Numbered from the stretch's first letter, positions 10,718 through 24,806 are shown. The stretch: 64,000 nt of DNA from Xylographa opegraphella (GCA_022813865.1 JALDZX010000024.1:248001-312000), one strand, 5' to 3'. Notes: a model not told the origin generated them from the letters alone. A program made the numbers and translations.

Positions 10718-13700
10718 GGGCAGCACCGACGCCCGTGGGAGGCAAGATCGCTCTCATCAGTCTCATCAGATGATTTACCTCTCCTCTCCCATTTGACGAG
10801 TGTACAGCAAGCAGTACGGAGTCATCACGGTGCATGTTGGTCGATGTGGAAAGGGCGAACTGGGAGGTTGAGGTATTATTCTTGGCTCGATGTGCAGTTG
10901 CATGCTGTAGAGGCCTTCGGTTGCATGCCGTGCATGTCGAACGAATTGTGATGACACTTCCGGGGTGACACGATGCCGCGATAGGGCTCCTCGTCAATAT
11001 TCTCCCGCTTGGGGCAAGGGCGGCCCGGGGGGGGCAGCAGCAGCGCGGTGATTCGCCCGGCGGCGGCACCGTCGTCCGCTCAAGTTCGACTGTCAGAAAC
11101 CCGACCACTTGTTTCCGGGACGATCCCATCCATCCCGGTCCATGTTTGGCTGGGGCCCAACCTCCTTCGTGGCGCTGCTCCAGCGAGCTGAGGCCAGCGG
11201 ACCCATTCTGCAGGCGCAAGGCAAGCGTGATTCTACACAGGAGCACCCTGGGAGGCGCAACGCAGGCCCGCATATATCGGGGCTCCCGATGGATGGTGCA
11301 GGGCTCCAAACATCCCAGGGCCCTCGTGACTGCTGTGTGTCCAGGCGTGCAGTCGACCGATCGTCCAAGAATAGTGTCGTCGTTGTTTCCCAGCCCAACG
11401 GGAAGCCCCCCATCGCATTGGGAATTCCGTCGGTGATAACGGAAAGCCTGGCATATAGATTAAGATTCGGAATCGGAACTGGAACTGCAATTATTGTTGG
11501 TGAGTAATCTGACTATCACCTCTGTGCGACCTGCTTGTACGACCCCTTCGGCCCTTCGGGTGGTGCCAGGCCCCGTCGCGTGCTGACCATCGCTTGGCTG
11601 GTCCCGAGTCGAGTCCCGGTTTGCGACGAGTCGACGACAACCAGGACGACAACGATAACAACAGCTAAACGAGGTCCAAGACATTCCAGACTCGAGTTGA
11701 GCCAGCACCGTTGTTCCGCGCGAACCAGAGCCAATCGACAACGGCGGTGGAGTACGGCCGGTCATCACTCGACTCAACTCCCATCCTCCCACGACTGGCC
11801 AGTTTCAGGGAAAAGCAAAGGCCGAGGAGGAAGGTGCATACAGTGGAGTCGCAACTAAGGTAGGTTTTTAGTGGCAGATCCAGCAGCATGCCCCAACACC
11901 GATCGCTCGCTCACCTACGTCCAAAGCTACCAGACCTTTGTTAACGTATGCGGGGCTCGTTTGGAAGCTAGCTGCAGGTACGCTGTTACACAAAAGTCAC
12001 CACTCATACAACCGAGACACCGCTTGCCAGCGAGATTACTAATACCTTTTATCTTAGGTACTCTCACGCCCGGAGGACAGTGCGGCCGGGAAAAGGGGCG
12101 AGTGAGTGGGAACAGCAAGCGGACGTCCGACATCGCGGGTACACGCATCAGGGACACACTCGACATTCAAGTACTTGGACACGCAGGCCTCCCTGCATCA
12201 CCGCAGCTTGTCCGTGGACGCACTGTCCATCGAAGAAGAATGTCTTAGATGGCCGACAGCGTCTCTGCATCGTCACGCCATGCACTCCCGTATCATTATT
12301 GTGGTCGCCAGGGCCGTGATTTCCTTTGCTCTGCGAAGGGGGTTGAGTGGTGAACAAAACCTCATCTGCCGCGGGGAGAATGGGCAAGTGGGCGAATCGC
12401 CGCCAACCACAAGCACGCGCATCCTGGACAGTCTCGAACGTGTTTTGCGACCGGGCATGCTAGCGGCCCTTGGGTGTGCTTCAGCCATCAGCATCCCCCT
12501 ATTTCGATCCCCTTTCGCCTTTTTGCCTCGAGCCCGCGCCCGCGCCCTCGACCGCCTTCGGCCATGGCTTTAGCGCATGTGAGTCGAAGTTGGCAATGGA
12601 GGGGATGATCGGTGCCGGGGCCCTTCCTCTTCCGTTGACTCGGCGGTGATCCCGATCCTTTTCGAGATTCCCCCTCCCAGAGTCCACACCTTATTCCACG
12701 TGGGACGCGGCCCATGCTTTTCGCGGCGAGCAAGGGGATCGCTGGTGAGTTTTCGTGGTCGATCTGCCTTTGCCGCAGGTCCAGTCAGCACGAAACGACT
12801 GGAAGGTGACGATACGATGGAAGTCTCCGTCATCACAGCATGCCTTGGATGTTGAGGGCCGGCTGGAAAGCATGTCTCTGCCAGGCTGAAAGGTTAAACG
12901 GAGGGACGGACACACTGCCGCCACCCATGCCCTGCCTTGCTTGCCACTGACCGCCATCCACTGTAATCTGGACGAACCCGGCGCGAATGCTCACACTTCG
13001 TCTCGCACGTCTTTCAGCGCGCGACAACAGCAGCCGTCACAGTGGTGGAAGCACCCAAGGAACGGGTAGAGCCACACAGCAGCCGTAGCAGGTGGGGGGA
13101 GAGGGGAAGAGGATTTGTGTGGGAAGGGGTCGGGTGTCGAGAGCTTCCGCCTTGTGCGACACAACAGCGGGCGCCAGTGCAGGGGGGCTAGGCTGCTAGA
13201 GTCTCCCCCCTCCCCCCCCCATGGAGCCTGTTCCTGCCCTCCTGCTTTATTACCTCGAGCTCCAAGCGAGATGATGTGTTCGCACTTGGCCGCACTTGCT
13301 CGCTCTCTCTTCTTGCTGATGGAAGATGGACAAAGTAACGCTTTCGACAAGTAATGGCCCCGCGCTACGGCAACGCTGCTGTGTTACTTCGTCGGTCATA
13401 GCGAAGTTGCGAAATACTTCGCTGCCTCCGACTGGAACATTAACCCTATCCTTATTCGCCAGTATTCCGTAGTGGGACCTCGAATAATCCCACCATCCCC
13501 CCCCTCGCCCCCAAACCCCCCAGTCCGCGCCCTTGCTAGCTGTCCTTAGCACGCAATGATTCTCATTCTCGTCCTGGGTACGATACCAGCCAAGTTATCG
13601 TGGCGACGATGCGATGATGTGATGCACTTCGGACGGCGGATACCCCCCTGGTGTACAACGAAGGCGGCTCGGACCCGATGGCTGGCTGGTGGGTGCGACC

Positions 13701-14620
13701 GCCCTCGTCCTCCACTCTGGTCCCAATCGTCGCAGGGTCTAAATCCGTGGCTCTGCGGCTCCATGGCATCCGCCCTGACGGTGTCCGAGAGGCCAAGAAA
13801 GCGCTTCTACCAGGGCCGACTAGAGTGCGATCCGTTGCATCATTGGGTCCTGCACGAACTCTTTTTTCTCCTGCATGCCTTTCCATCAGTGCAGGGTGAA
13901 GGGGTGTCGACTCTCGAAGGCGGCCGTGAGCATCGAGCACGAGGCGTGCTGGATGCTAATCTAGGAGGAGGAACCCTCTCGACCGTCCTCGACTCCTCCT
14001 GACGCCTGAACACTGCATATCCAACAAGGTCCTTCTTTGCATCGACACCGCCTGGCACAGCGCCATTCTTCGTCTTATTCGCCCAAGGTGGGGGGTGGGT
14101 GTCATTGTAATCTTCCTCCTCCTCCAACACCTCCCGCGCTCCTCTTCACTTGATTCTTTGTACCCACGCTGCCTCGTACACTGCCACTGCTCGCGTGAAC
14201 GGCCTGGTTCGGCAGTCGAGAGCTCAAGCGGGCAGGGATCCGAACTGTCCTTCACCCTCCCCCTGCACACACACACACAACAACCTGACTAAACGCCGTG
14301 CTTGATCTTCCTGTCTGACCCCGACCCCAAACCTGGCTCTGCTCTTCTCAACATCTCGTCGCACCGGCAGCAGGCACTCCAGAAACACTCACTGATCAGG
14401 TAGCGGTCGTCGTGCTCAGTCTTTCGTTCCATCCAGCTCACCATCGTGCCCACCACTCTCGTTAAGCTTCCTCTGGACCCAGGCTGAGGCGCGTCATAAT
14501 ATGCTGTGGCCCCACATCCGTTGATTGGGAACTCCAGTTCAGACTCGGGGCCGACACTGTTCCTTCGTTTCATCCGACACACCAGACAAGTCCGAGCCGA
14601 GCACGATTGGACGGCGAAGG

Positions 14621-17036
14621 ATGTATATGGGTGGCGTACATGCAGTGCAGTTGCCGATGGGCAGGCCCGACGAGTGGTATGGTGCCTACGATGCTCAGTA
14701 CCAGCATCCCTACGCCCTCGGCCCGCCGCTGCCCTCCGATATAACGCAGCAATACGACCAAATCTACGCCCCTCACGTCGAGAGTCCCCATGCCTTGCCA
14801 TCTCAACACCAGAGCATCGAGTACGGCGCTTCCCTCCAGCGAGAGGCCGACGAACCCGATCCTTCCAGTCGTCCGCGGCTGACCACTGACCAAACCAACA
14901 TACTGGAGGCCAGATTCCAGCAAGATCCCAAACCACCTACCAATACGAAGAAGGACTTGGCCCTGAAGATTGGACTGACTCTCGACAAAGTCAATGTATG
15001 TGCTCCGAATAAGCCTCTCACGTAAGATTTCGCCTTGCCACATTGCTGACGGTTGTACCTAGAATTGGTATCAAAATCGGCGGGCAAAAGCTAAAAATGC
15101 ACGGAAAAATGTAGAAACTTTTGGAGTGCTCCAAGTCAATGAGGTCCAGAACAATTGGCCGTACCCAGAGTACCAACCTACCCCGAGTTTCGCACGTCCC
15201 CCACAATACCCATCTTCAGTAGCATCCGCATCTCTGACTGGATCTGGTGAGCACGTTCTGCATGCATCACCGCAAAGTTCTCTCGACTGCTCTTCGACAT
15301 TCAAGACTCCTATCACCTTCGAAGGAGTACAGCAACTCGGACTTTCACACGATTCGGCATCTCTCGCAATGTCCCTCATGTCTGAAGGTGGACTGGAACG
15401 TCCGTTGACGACCGAGGAACAAGTGCAGAGAACCTACGAGGCAATGGCGTCTCGATACCCGTCTTTCTGGAATTCCCATGACAATTCGATCGAAAAGGAG
15501 ATGTCCGACTTCGAAGTTCTCAACTTGATCCACAAACTGGACAAGGATACCGAGAATAGCAATGGCATACAAATACCGCATGATTCTCAACCAATAGTGC
15601 GGTCGTGTGTCGCTGGGGAAGAAGTCTATCCAGCCTCGCATGTTGTCACATCTTGGAGCAACAACCAGAGTGCCCTGATGGCATGGGTAACAGCACAGCA
15701 AAACGCCAATTCATTCGAGCAAAACCAAATGCCGATACAGCAGCCGAGTGTATCCAGTTTGGAACAGCGAGGTGAGACCCAACAGTTATCTGATAGTATG
15801 GGAGCGCATGTTCCGAATGCTAGCGTACAGTCGTTTCATGATCCTAATCCAGTCTCACACGTGACTCTGGCCTCGATGGATGAGGAGATTATGAGACGAA
15901 GTCCAATTCTATCACAATTTAACTTAGCTTCCATGGAGGCACCGCCTGAACGAGTTATATCTCGACATGGGTCTGAATCTTCGGATCTAGCCGATGACTT
16001 TGATACCATTCATTTACAGCGAGTTCAGTCACAGCAAACCTCGGACGAAGAAGTCTTCAAGACACCGAAGATTCCTCAGTTGAGCCTGGCAGCACGGAGA
16101 AAGCGCCATCCTGTGGCCCTTGGTCCCATCTCCAATAGGAGTGTCTCGTGCACGAGTCCTCCTGGCACCTCTCCTATCGTCACGACCGCGATCCTAGGAC
16201 AAACATCATCCGTGCGTCGAATCAAATCCACCGGCAACAGCCTCAATGTTATCGGTGGGCGTGTACAGAAGTCCGGTGTTGCTTCTGCGCAGCGATCACC
16301 GCTGAACTTGGCAACTTTCCAGGAAGCTGATGCAATGAATCAAATCAACCGCATTGCAGCATCGTCACCAAGCAATTCGCAAGCCAATTCCGCTAGCGGG
16401 CGTATTCCCATGACACCGCACACTCCCCCAGCAATCGGGCAGCCATCCATGGAATGGAACCGGCCATTAGTGCATTCGTGTTCGAATCCAAATATGATTC
16501 AACTCCAGCAGCACCCTCTAAGTCCGAGGGAGGAATATGTCCATTCACCACCAGTTACACCTTACTTACATCTTCCGTCCTATATCACTCACAACCAACA
16601 GCATTTGGTGGCGCCTCCCCAATCCGCGCCCGCACATCTTGCCTCCTTCCCGCATGTGTCACCTCCTTACCATGCTATGCCAGGCACACCTTCCAGCTAC
16701 TTCCCACCACAAGGCGTCTCGCCGGAGCCTTATCAGTACCAAGCAGCTCCGCCGATGGTAGCAGCGCCTGCATATCCGATTTATGAATACCAGCCTCAAA
16801 CTCAGCCTCCTATGTATGGCTATGAGCAACCGCGCATCATCAATTACTCCCCGCCTCTCGGTGGATATCCAATGTTCTATGCCATGCCGCCTCCTCAACC
16901 ACAGAAGGAACTGGAAGTTGTCATGGCCGAATTCCCGAAACCGATGGATGCCAATCCCGCTTCCAAGGAGCCTTTTCGGCCCAAGCAATTTACGTTCCAG
17001 AATTCTGGGCCAGGGGATTACTATCAGCCTGTCTAA
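14621..17036 (+). CDS. hbxA: Homeobox transcription factor (HbxA/Hbx1/Pah1-like developmental regulator)
   Basis: Homeodomain RPRLTTDQTNILEARFQQDPKPPTNTKKDLALKIGLTLDKVN|NWYQNRRAKAK joined across intron 14996-15062; C-terminal LAARRKRHP, VRRIKSTGNSLN and FTFQNSGP motifs resemble this family. Confidence 0.85.
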
Positions 17037-18237
17037 GTCAACACTTTCTCGAGATCTGTACCACCACTTTTCCTATGGTTTATGCGTTACGATCAACTAG
17101 ATCTCCCGTGAAGGGGTTTCTGCCCTTGCAAGAAACTCGGCTTTCCTATCTCTTTGCTTCGTTCTCGACAAACTGCGACCGCGTCTTGGCAGCATCAAGA
17201 AAAAGTCTAGCGTATTTACAAGGCAACCACTACTTTGATCTGCCCTACGCTGAGCTCTAATTGTAATCTACATTGGTGCGCGGAGGTGGATAAGGCGTGG
17301 GGAACAGCACGTGCTGGTTGGTAATGATATGGCGCCGCAGCTTCCTGCATGACGGTATGGTTTGGAATGCGGATCAGGATACCATGCGATGGACGTGATG
17401 TGTTTATGTGGGGCGCATCAATGCGTACTGTACAGCTTGTCGTGCTGGTGTTGGCTCCAGCGTACATTAGCTTAGCATCCCTTGAATTCAATCGTATTGG
17501 GTGGTTGAGAACAGCCATGTGGCGTGCATGTGAAATCCCGTGCGCGTGTGGCTGATGGACTACCTTGGGTGGGAGGGTGGTGCCTTAGGTACTGTGGTAA
17601 GGTAGTGAGGGCTTTACCTTATGGTGGGCCCCAGTCGAGTGTTGCCGTGGATGAATGTCTGGGCGTAGGTAAGGTACAGTCACATGCACTGGCACATGGG
17701 CCAGCGTCGAAAGTCTCGTGCGTACTAAGTTGCACCGTAAGCAAATAAGCAAACGAAGTGGTTACCTAGGTAAGTAGATGAGCTGGAACGCGAAAATGTA
17801 GGAAGACGAAAATGTTTCTTTACGGTTGTGATGCGGCCCTCAGACCGGCTCGATTAGGAACAGTGGCTTGTCTCCTTGTGTCCGGAGAGACGATCTTCCG
17901 GCTGATCAGTGGGCGGGGAAGTCCTGCCTGAGATACCTCCATACTAAGGTAAATGATACTCACTATATACCTCACCCAGAAAGGCCGCCAGCACATGAGA
18001 CATGGCAGATCATCTCATCGGAGATCGAGGGACGAAAATCTATCCCTCTTTCATGTCAGGAACATAAAATTGATTTGCTAATGCTTTCGCTCAACCAACT
18101 ATACTTTGCTAGTCTGGTGGTTACCTGCAGCCTTCATGTAGACCAACGTTCCTGTTCGTTATTTTTCTACTTGAATCATGCTTCCTTTATTTCAGAAAAC
18201 GTACTGTCGAGCGATATAGTAAAGCAGTCGACGTGAG

Positions 18238-19258
18238 ATGTATTTTCCTAGACTGTTGGGGTTCGCCCTCGGTGTCTCCTCTGTCAGAGCAATTCCGGCG
18301 ACAAGCCAATCCACTACCTCTCTTGCCTGCCAGACACAATCTCAGCCAAACCCCATCGCAGCGGAGTATCCCACCTTGACCACCGGCACCATCAATGGCA
18401 CCGTCGCTGTTCTGCCGATCGAGTACACCCTCGCCCGAAGCATCATCCCTGCTCAATACCCCATCTTGAACGGCTACAAACACCTCCTCCCTGGATTTCC
18501 CACGGATAAATACCCAGTGATGACACCCGAACCTTTCTTACCTTCCACAGCAGATTCTAATTCAGCTAGCTCATCATCGAATCGGTGCTCGACCACGACG
18601 TCCAAGCGAACAGCATCACCATCGCCGATTTCTCTCGCGTCGTCCTCTCTTTTCCTTTCATAGACCTCCTTGGTGACGGCTACTCCAACTTCCGCTATGA
18701 AAAGTACGTCCTCATCACGCCCAACCCGGTGGCTATGGTCGGTGCAGCTGCGTACGGCGAGATTCCTGTCCCGAGCACGTTCGAGCCGCCTTGTGATGGA
18801 TACGCCTTCAAACCTGGATCGAACATGAACATTTTCTTCAACGCCTACCAGGGACTAGACCAGGCACTCGGGAGGCCCCCAACTGTGGCAGTCGAGTTCG
18901 AAGCCACTAGGTCCGCGGGACCGTATCCCCTGAACTTGTGAGCTTCTTGCCCGTGCACCGGAATTGGAAAGGACGCTGACGGCATGCTGGTAGCTACATG
19001 AACGTGACGAACCAGCCATCGTTCAGTACCGGCGTTCTCTGCGATAACTTCATCACACTGTACAATTCTACGGTCACAGAGGGGCAGTATGCGCCGGTGG
19101 TGGTGGTCGGTAACGTTAGTGTCGCGGCGCCTTACCTGCCGACGGCGATGGAGTTCACCGGCATCTATGGATTAAAGATCGATCGGGCTTTTATTGAGAA
19201 TAATTATATGGCGTGTAGTCGTTTGAAGGGATACACTGGGTCAGGGTCTGGTGATTGA
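18238..19258 (+). CDS. Secreted hypothetical protein (3 exons)
   Basis: Signal-peptide-like MYFPRLLGFALGVSSVRA; ORFs 18238-18663, 18585-18941 and 18998-19258 are joined by intron-like gaps with branch/AG signals. Confidence 0.75.
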
Positions 19259-19803
19259 GTTTGAGATGGAAGATTTGTGGGGAAGATGTGGTGGTCCTGG
19301 ATGTACTGTTGTATTGAGGTTGTGGTGGCCGCTAGGGGTTAGATTACATTCTATTCACTCATGGGCGGTAGGTTTCCGTGGCATACAGAAGTTGAAAACA
19401 GGTATATATTAATGATAAGAAGCCTGACTATCATATCGGGTGGTGCATCGTATGAGCGCCTTCGTGGTAACACCTATCCTGCAGTGGGTTTAAAGCCGGG
19501 TGCAGGAACCTGGGATATACTAGTGCCAGTACTTATGCCCACAGCTCATTCCAATGATGTAGCAACACAAGGGCGCTCTAGTACTAAACAAGTAAAGCCT
19601 TTTCATGGTGATTGGTCGGAATGTCAATCAATGACTGTGCTTGAAGTTTTTGGCCCTCTCACAGCGCAGACATGCTCAAGCGACTCGGGAGAATTTCAAG
19701 CCGCCCACCGATGAAATCTTGGCATTCATCCCCACAATATTTTTTGAAGCTCAATGCTCGTCCACCGTAGCAGAGCAGATCCATCTACAACGTTTGAGTC
19801 ACA

Positions 19804-21565
19804 ATGGTCAAACCTGGAAGTGAGGGGAGCCAAGCACTATCCCTCATGCAATCTATGCTGACGACAAGGTTAGAGCCCAAGTCCAAGCGGACGCCAGTAC
19901 GATTGCGCCACAAGATCGAGAAAGCGAGTGCTGCAAAGCAACGGAAACAGCGCAAGATCTCGAAAGCTGTAAGAGCAAATATATGGAGCCCTTGCTACGA
20001 TGAACATTTTACTGAGTGTCTTCCTATAGAATCCAGAGTGGCGTTCGCGATTGAAGAAAGATCCGGGAATACCCAATCTCTTTCCTTATAAAGACCGCAT
20101 ACTACATGAAATTGAGGAGAAGAAAAGACTGAAAGAAGAAGAATTTACAAGGAAGCGAGACGAGGCAAGAGCAGCTAAGAAGGTACCCGGTACTTCTGCC
20201 CCAGAAGATGAGGAGGATATGGAAGTAGAAGAGCTAGCTACGGAGGATGAACTCATTGACGATGAGGAGGCAATGGACACAGATCAGCCCGATGACTCTT
20301 CGAATCCGATGGCTGCTCTCCTTGCCTCAGCAAAAGCTCAAGCTGCTGAGTACGAAGAGATGTCAGACGACGACTCTGAAGATTCTACAGACCATCATCG
20401 TCCTACACACGTCCCTTCCACAAAACCTCAATCTCTCGACTCCTCCCGCCGAGCCTTCAACAAAACATTCGACGCTGTGCTTGATGCATCCGATGTTCTT
20501 TTATACGTTCTCGATGCACGCGATCCAAACGGGTCCCGCTCCCGTGCCACAGAACGCCAGATCGCTTCTTTCGCTGGTGGCTCTAAACGCCTGATTCTCA
20601 TCCTCAACAAGATCGACCTTGTTCCTCCACGCATTCTCAAGACCTGGCTTGTCTACCTCCGCCGCTACTTTCCCACACTTCCTCTCCGCGCCAGCAACCC
20701 TGCTCCTAACGCAAAAACATTCGACCACAAAGCTCTCACCCGAAAAGCCACCTCGGAAACCCTGCTGCGCGCTCTTAAGTCGTACGTGGCGGCGCAAAAC
20801 CTCAAGCGCGCTGTCACCGTCGGTGTTGTCGGCTACCCCAACGTTGGCAAATCCTCGGTCATCAATGCTCTGACCTCCTGCCTGGGGGGCAAGCACTCCT
20901 CTCGAAACAGCAGCACCGCCTGCCCTGTCGGCGCCGAGGCCGGTGTCACAACCACCATGCGGGAAGTAAAGCTCGATAACAAGCTCAAACTACTCGACTG
21001 CCCTGGAATCGTCTTCCCCTCTGCCACCGCCCATCCCGCATCTACCTCCTCGGCCGCGAACGCCCATCTCCATCTCCTTTCCGCTCTCCCACCGTCCGCT
21101 ATCACAGACCCCGTCCCCGCCATCTCCCTCCTCCTCTCCCGTCTGCGCGCCCATTCCGACCAAACACTCCTCTCCGATCTGTACGCCACGTACAACCTCC
21201 CTCCACTCATGTCCTCTCGCACCGCTGACGGTGCCGGAGACGTCACTACAGACTTCTTAGTCCAGGTGGCGCGCAAGCGTGGCCGTTTGGGCAAAGGTGG
21301 CGTGCCCAACTTGAACAGTGCGGCGATGGGGGTGCTGGGCGATTGGCGCGACGGGCGGGTCAGGGGCTGGGTGGAGGCGCCGGTGCTGAAGGTTGTGGGT
21401 ACGGGCAAAGCGAGTGGTGAGGTGGAGATGCTGGATGAGGGAGTGCCGGAGGAGGAGGAGGTTGGAGATCGAAAAGAGATCGTGGCGGCGTGGGGAAAGG
21501 AATTTAAGTTAGAGGGCTTATGGGGAGGGGGAAACGAGGAGGTGGGGGAGGAGATGGTGGAGTGA
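19804..21565 (+). CDS. NUG1: Nuclear GTP-binding protein for 60S biogenesis (Nug1/Grn1/GNL3 family)
   Basis: Basic N-terminus (KSKRTPVRLRHKIEK..KKDPGIPNLFPYK), circularly permuted GTPase motifs DARDP, LNKIDL, GYPNVGKSS, DCPG, and RGRLGKGGVPN; two 5' introns. Confidence 0.95.
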
Positions 21566-22215
21566 GTGCATGGCTTCCACTGGGCTATGTGGGGTAGAGT
21601 GAGTTTGTGGTGAGGCGGAGTTATAGGTGCAGGTATATTGCCTGACGGATAGGTAGACCATTCTCTATAAGATCTTGTTCAATGGATAGGTATTGTGCAA
21701 GGCAGCCACGTGATTCAATCGTGAGAATACCAGGCTAAGTTTTACTTCCCCTATCATGTTATCCACATCGTCTGCAATAAATTACATCTCCTCGAACTTT
21801 CAAAGAACCATGTGACATTTCTGTACTCTGAATTCTGCAATCTCGTCATCGCACCAGAAATTAATCTTGGTAGAATAGGTCTGCTGGTGACCAAGAAAGC
21901 CGAATGCAAAATGGCTCAGAAGGCTCAGAAGGGGCAACTGGGAATCTACAGGTTCTGTACAGGAATAGGGATCTACCATAAAAGCGGTGTAGGAGCGTTC
22001 GTATTCCACCTTGATGGCTGCGCGGGGAGTGAGTGATTCAGGCCTCTGTTGAAATAAATATGGTAAATTGGGACTTCCTTCCGCTTCTTCGTTCTTTCCT
22101 GATCTGATGATTTTTATGCCGATTTTATCGTCTTTTGCATCCTTTGCAAACTTGCATCAAATGTTCTCGATGGTGAAAGCTCCGCTCTCTAAAGAGGCAA
22201 AGTCGCAGCGAATTG

Positions 22216-22315
22216 CTATGACAAGCAGTTCTCAATGCGTTCTTTCGGCTATCGTGTGAGACATACTATGACAAGCAGTTCTTAATCCGTTCTTTCGGCT
22301 ATCTTGTGAGATATA
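22216..22315. repeat. Tandem duplication, 2 x 50 bp
   Basis: ctatgacaagcagttct(c/t)aat(g/c)cgttctttcggctatc(g/t)tgtgaga(c/t)ata at 22216 and 22266; 4 mismatches. Confidence 0.9.
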
Positions 22316-23676
22316 TGTTGCAGAGGTTCTTGTGAATATGCTTGTCGGTCCTCGATCTATGATCCACAAGAAGCGAATCTGTACTATGGTGCTACGATCA
22401 ATACTCGCGCTTTCATTCTCTACTTTTTATACGCTTGCGTTGTAGAAGTTATATCTACGTACGATCTGGAGCACCTCTTTTTCCATATATCGCCGAAGCC
22501 GCATAGTACTGATAACCTTGTTTCACCATGGGAGTGACCCAAGCAGATATCACTGTGGCAAGGACCCAAAATCCGACACTTGAAGCTGCAATAGCTCAGG
22601 TGGTCGCATGTCTCCGAGGCAGAAATTTTGCCGGCATGTAAGGAGATGCAAGGAGCCCTAGCATCCATGGGAGAGGTGGCCAGCGACCAGTGCGCATCTC
22701 AAGATGATCGGGCTCGCGGGAACCTCAAAGTTGTAAGAGCTTGAGGGTGTCCAGAGAGCGCGTTTTTGAGGGGGTATCGCAGGCATCAGTCCAGAAGGTC
22801 AACAGCTACCAAGGACCAGGTGAGGAAGAGTACTACGCCGAGCTTACATGTATGAGGATTGTGCTAAGCTCCAGATCGTGTTGCCAAACCTGAAGAGGGC
22901 GCTGTTCACAAAATTAAGGCTGCTGAGCAGGAGAAACCTTAGCCTCGTCAGGCGGAGCGTCCCTCTAGGCAGAGGAACTCGTCCCTTCATCGAGACCTCC
23001 TTCCAAGACGAAAACCCCTCTACTCAGGCCAAACCTCCCCTCCATTGAGAAAGTCTCCTTTTCTCTAGGCAAACATCCAAAAGCCTATCCCCTTCGCTAC
23101 CATGAGGACAGGCGACGATCGCAACATCCTCATTGGAGTCATCATAGTGCAGCACAATTGACTCAGCAAGACAGATTACCATGCAGGGAAACAACCAGCA
23201 ACGAGCGCCACCGAGATGTGCACCGTGCCGCTGACCTGTTCCTGGCACCCGAGGTGCGAGGTCTGTCGTCGAGCGAAGAGGATAGATAATTAGCCTACAA
23301 ATTTCGAACGCGTCCGAGCGACCTGAAAGGGTGATATAGCATGGACACGCACAGGGCTCGAAGCTTAGACGTGCTCACGGACAAGTACAGAGCGGAGCCA
23401 TGCAATCCTCGCCTTCGAGCAGTCTGGCGACCGACGAGAAGAGGTTTCGGTCCACCGGAAATCCCTGCAAGTGGATACTCGGAACCTTCGGTCACTGGGT
23501 TGCATGGTAAATGAGCGAGTAAGCTGTATGCTTTTGGAATAGCTCCCAAGGCGGCTTTCCTACTCGGCTTCTCCATTGTGCCAGATGGGAGCTGTACTAT
23601 TCATTGCAACCATAAGACTGTATAAATGATACAGGAATTCCGACGGGTCGATAACAATTTCGTGTCCGAGCATAGT

Positions 23677-24806
23677 CTATCTACGTTTTCTATCAATGCC
23701 GTTCATAGCTGGGCGCCGTGAAATGTCGGGGAAGCTCCAGATCGACGGCCACACCAGATCATATTCCTCCTGTCGGCCATTCAGACAGTGCCGGAGCCAT
23801 ATACCCCAGACGATGTAGTAGTAGGCGCCGATACCTGTCATAAGATGCCTATTGCCGAATCAGCATCGAGTCTGCAGAAGCACCTTGTCTACTTACCACC
23901 AGCCATGCCCCTCAAGCAAAATCCCCCACGGCAGTCCGATGTTCCTCCTCCATATGCGTAGCTTCGAGCAGTAAACGTTGTCCACATTCCAAATTAAAAA
24001 GCCGCCCAGGAAGATTGAGATCCCGTATGCTATCATCCACCACATTGTGTGCAAGATATCCAGATTCCTGCGATGCATAGCCACGGATGCGGTCTTGTCC
24101 TCCGGAGTCATCGGGCTCGTCACTTGCAGAGCGGCCTCGTTTTGGTTCATCCTGGGTGATGGGCGGAGGTTGAGCTCCATTATGAACATGCAGCGGATTA
24201 AGACTGTAGCTGTGAGTATTGCATAGGCATTCTGATGGAAGACAGGATCTTGGAGATAATGGTAGTAAGCTGTAATGAAGGCTGCTAGTGCCACCAAGCC
24301 GATCGCGAGCGAGATTCTGAATCGGCGGGATTTTGCATAAGAGAAGGTTGCGTAGCACATGATGCAAGTAGTGTAGATCATAGAGAGTTCATCAACAAGT
24401 TGCATAGGGTCTTTGCATGGTATGAAATTATGTTAGCGGAACTCAGGCGACAAGAGCGCTGTAAGATGGTAGGCCCGACGTACACTTGAGTGTGCTATGG
24501 AAAAGGAAGCTCCCGGTTCCGACCACGAGATAGCCTGCGAATGAGATGAAGAATATGACATCATGCCCATTCTGTAAACAGCTTCTCATTCCCTTGACTG
24601 CCAGGTACACGAATATGAGATTCGTGACACTATTCACGATCTCTGCGGAGTACTGGGTGGCATAGTAGTCCTAGGCACGGTCAATTATGCCAGAAGGCTC
24701 CTCTGCTCTTGCATACCTCTTCACACCAATTCAACGTCGACGTGACTGGACTCCAGTAGCCATCCTGTGATAGTGGATATGGAATCCCTGGAAGCCACGA
24801 AAGCAT
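23677..24806 (-). CDS. Alkaline (dihydro/phyto)ceramidase, Ypc1/Ydc1 family
   Basis: GYWSPVTSTLNWCEE-DYY, GTGSFLFHSTLK, MQLVDELSMIY, LEGHGWW|HLMTG (CREST His motifs); 4 exons, ATG at 24806, stop 23677-23679. Confidence 0.93.

Noticed and set aside
10710..14600. Numerous 60-200 aa ORFs on both strands
   Set aside because: They overlap in several frames, have Arg/Pro/Gly-rich composition expected from high GC, and show no recognisable domains.
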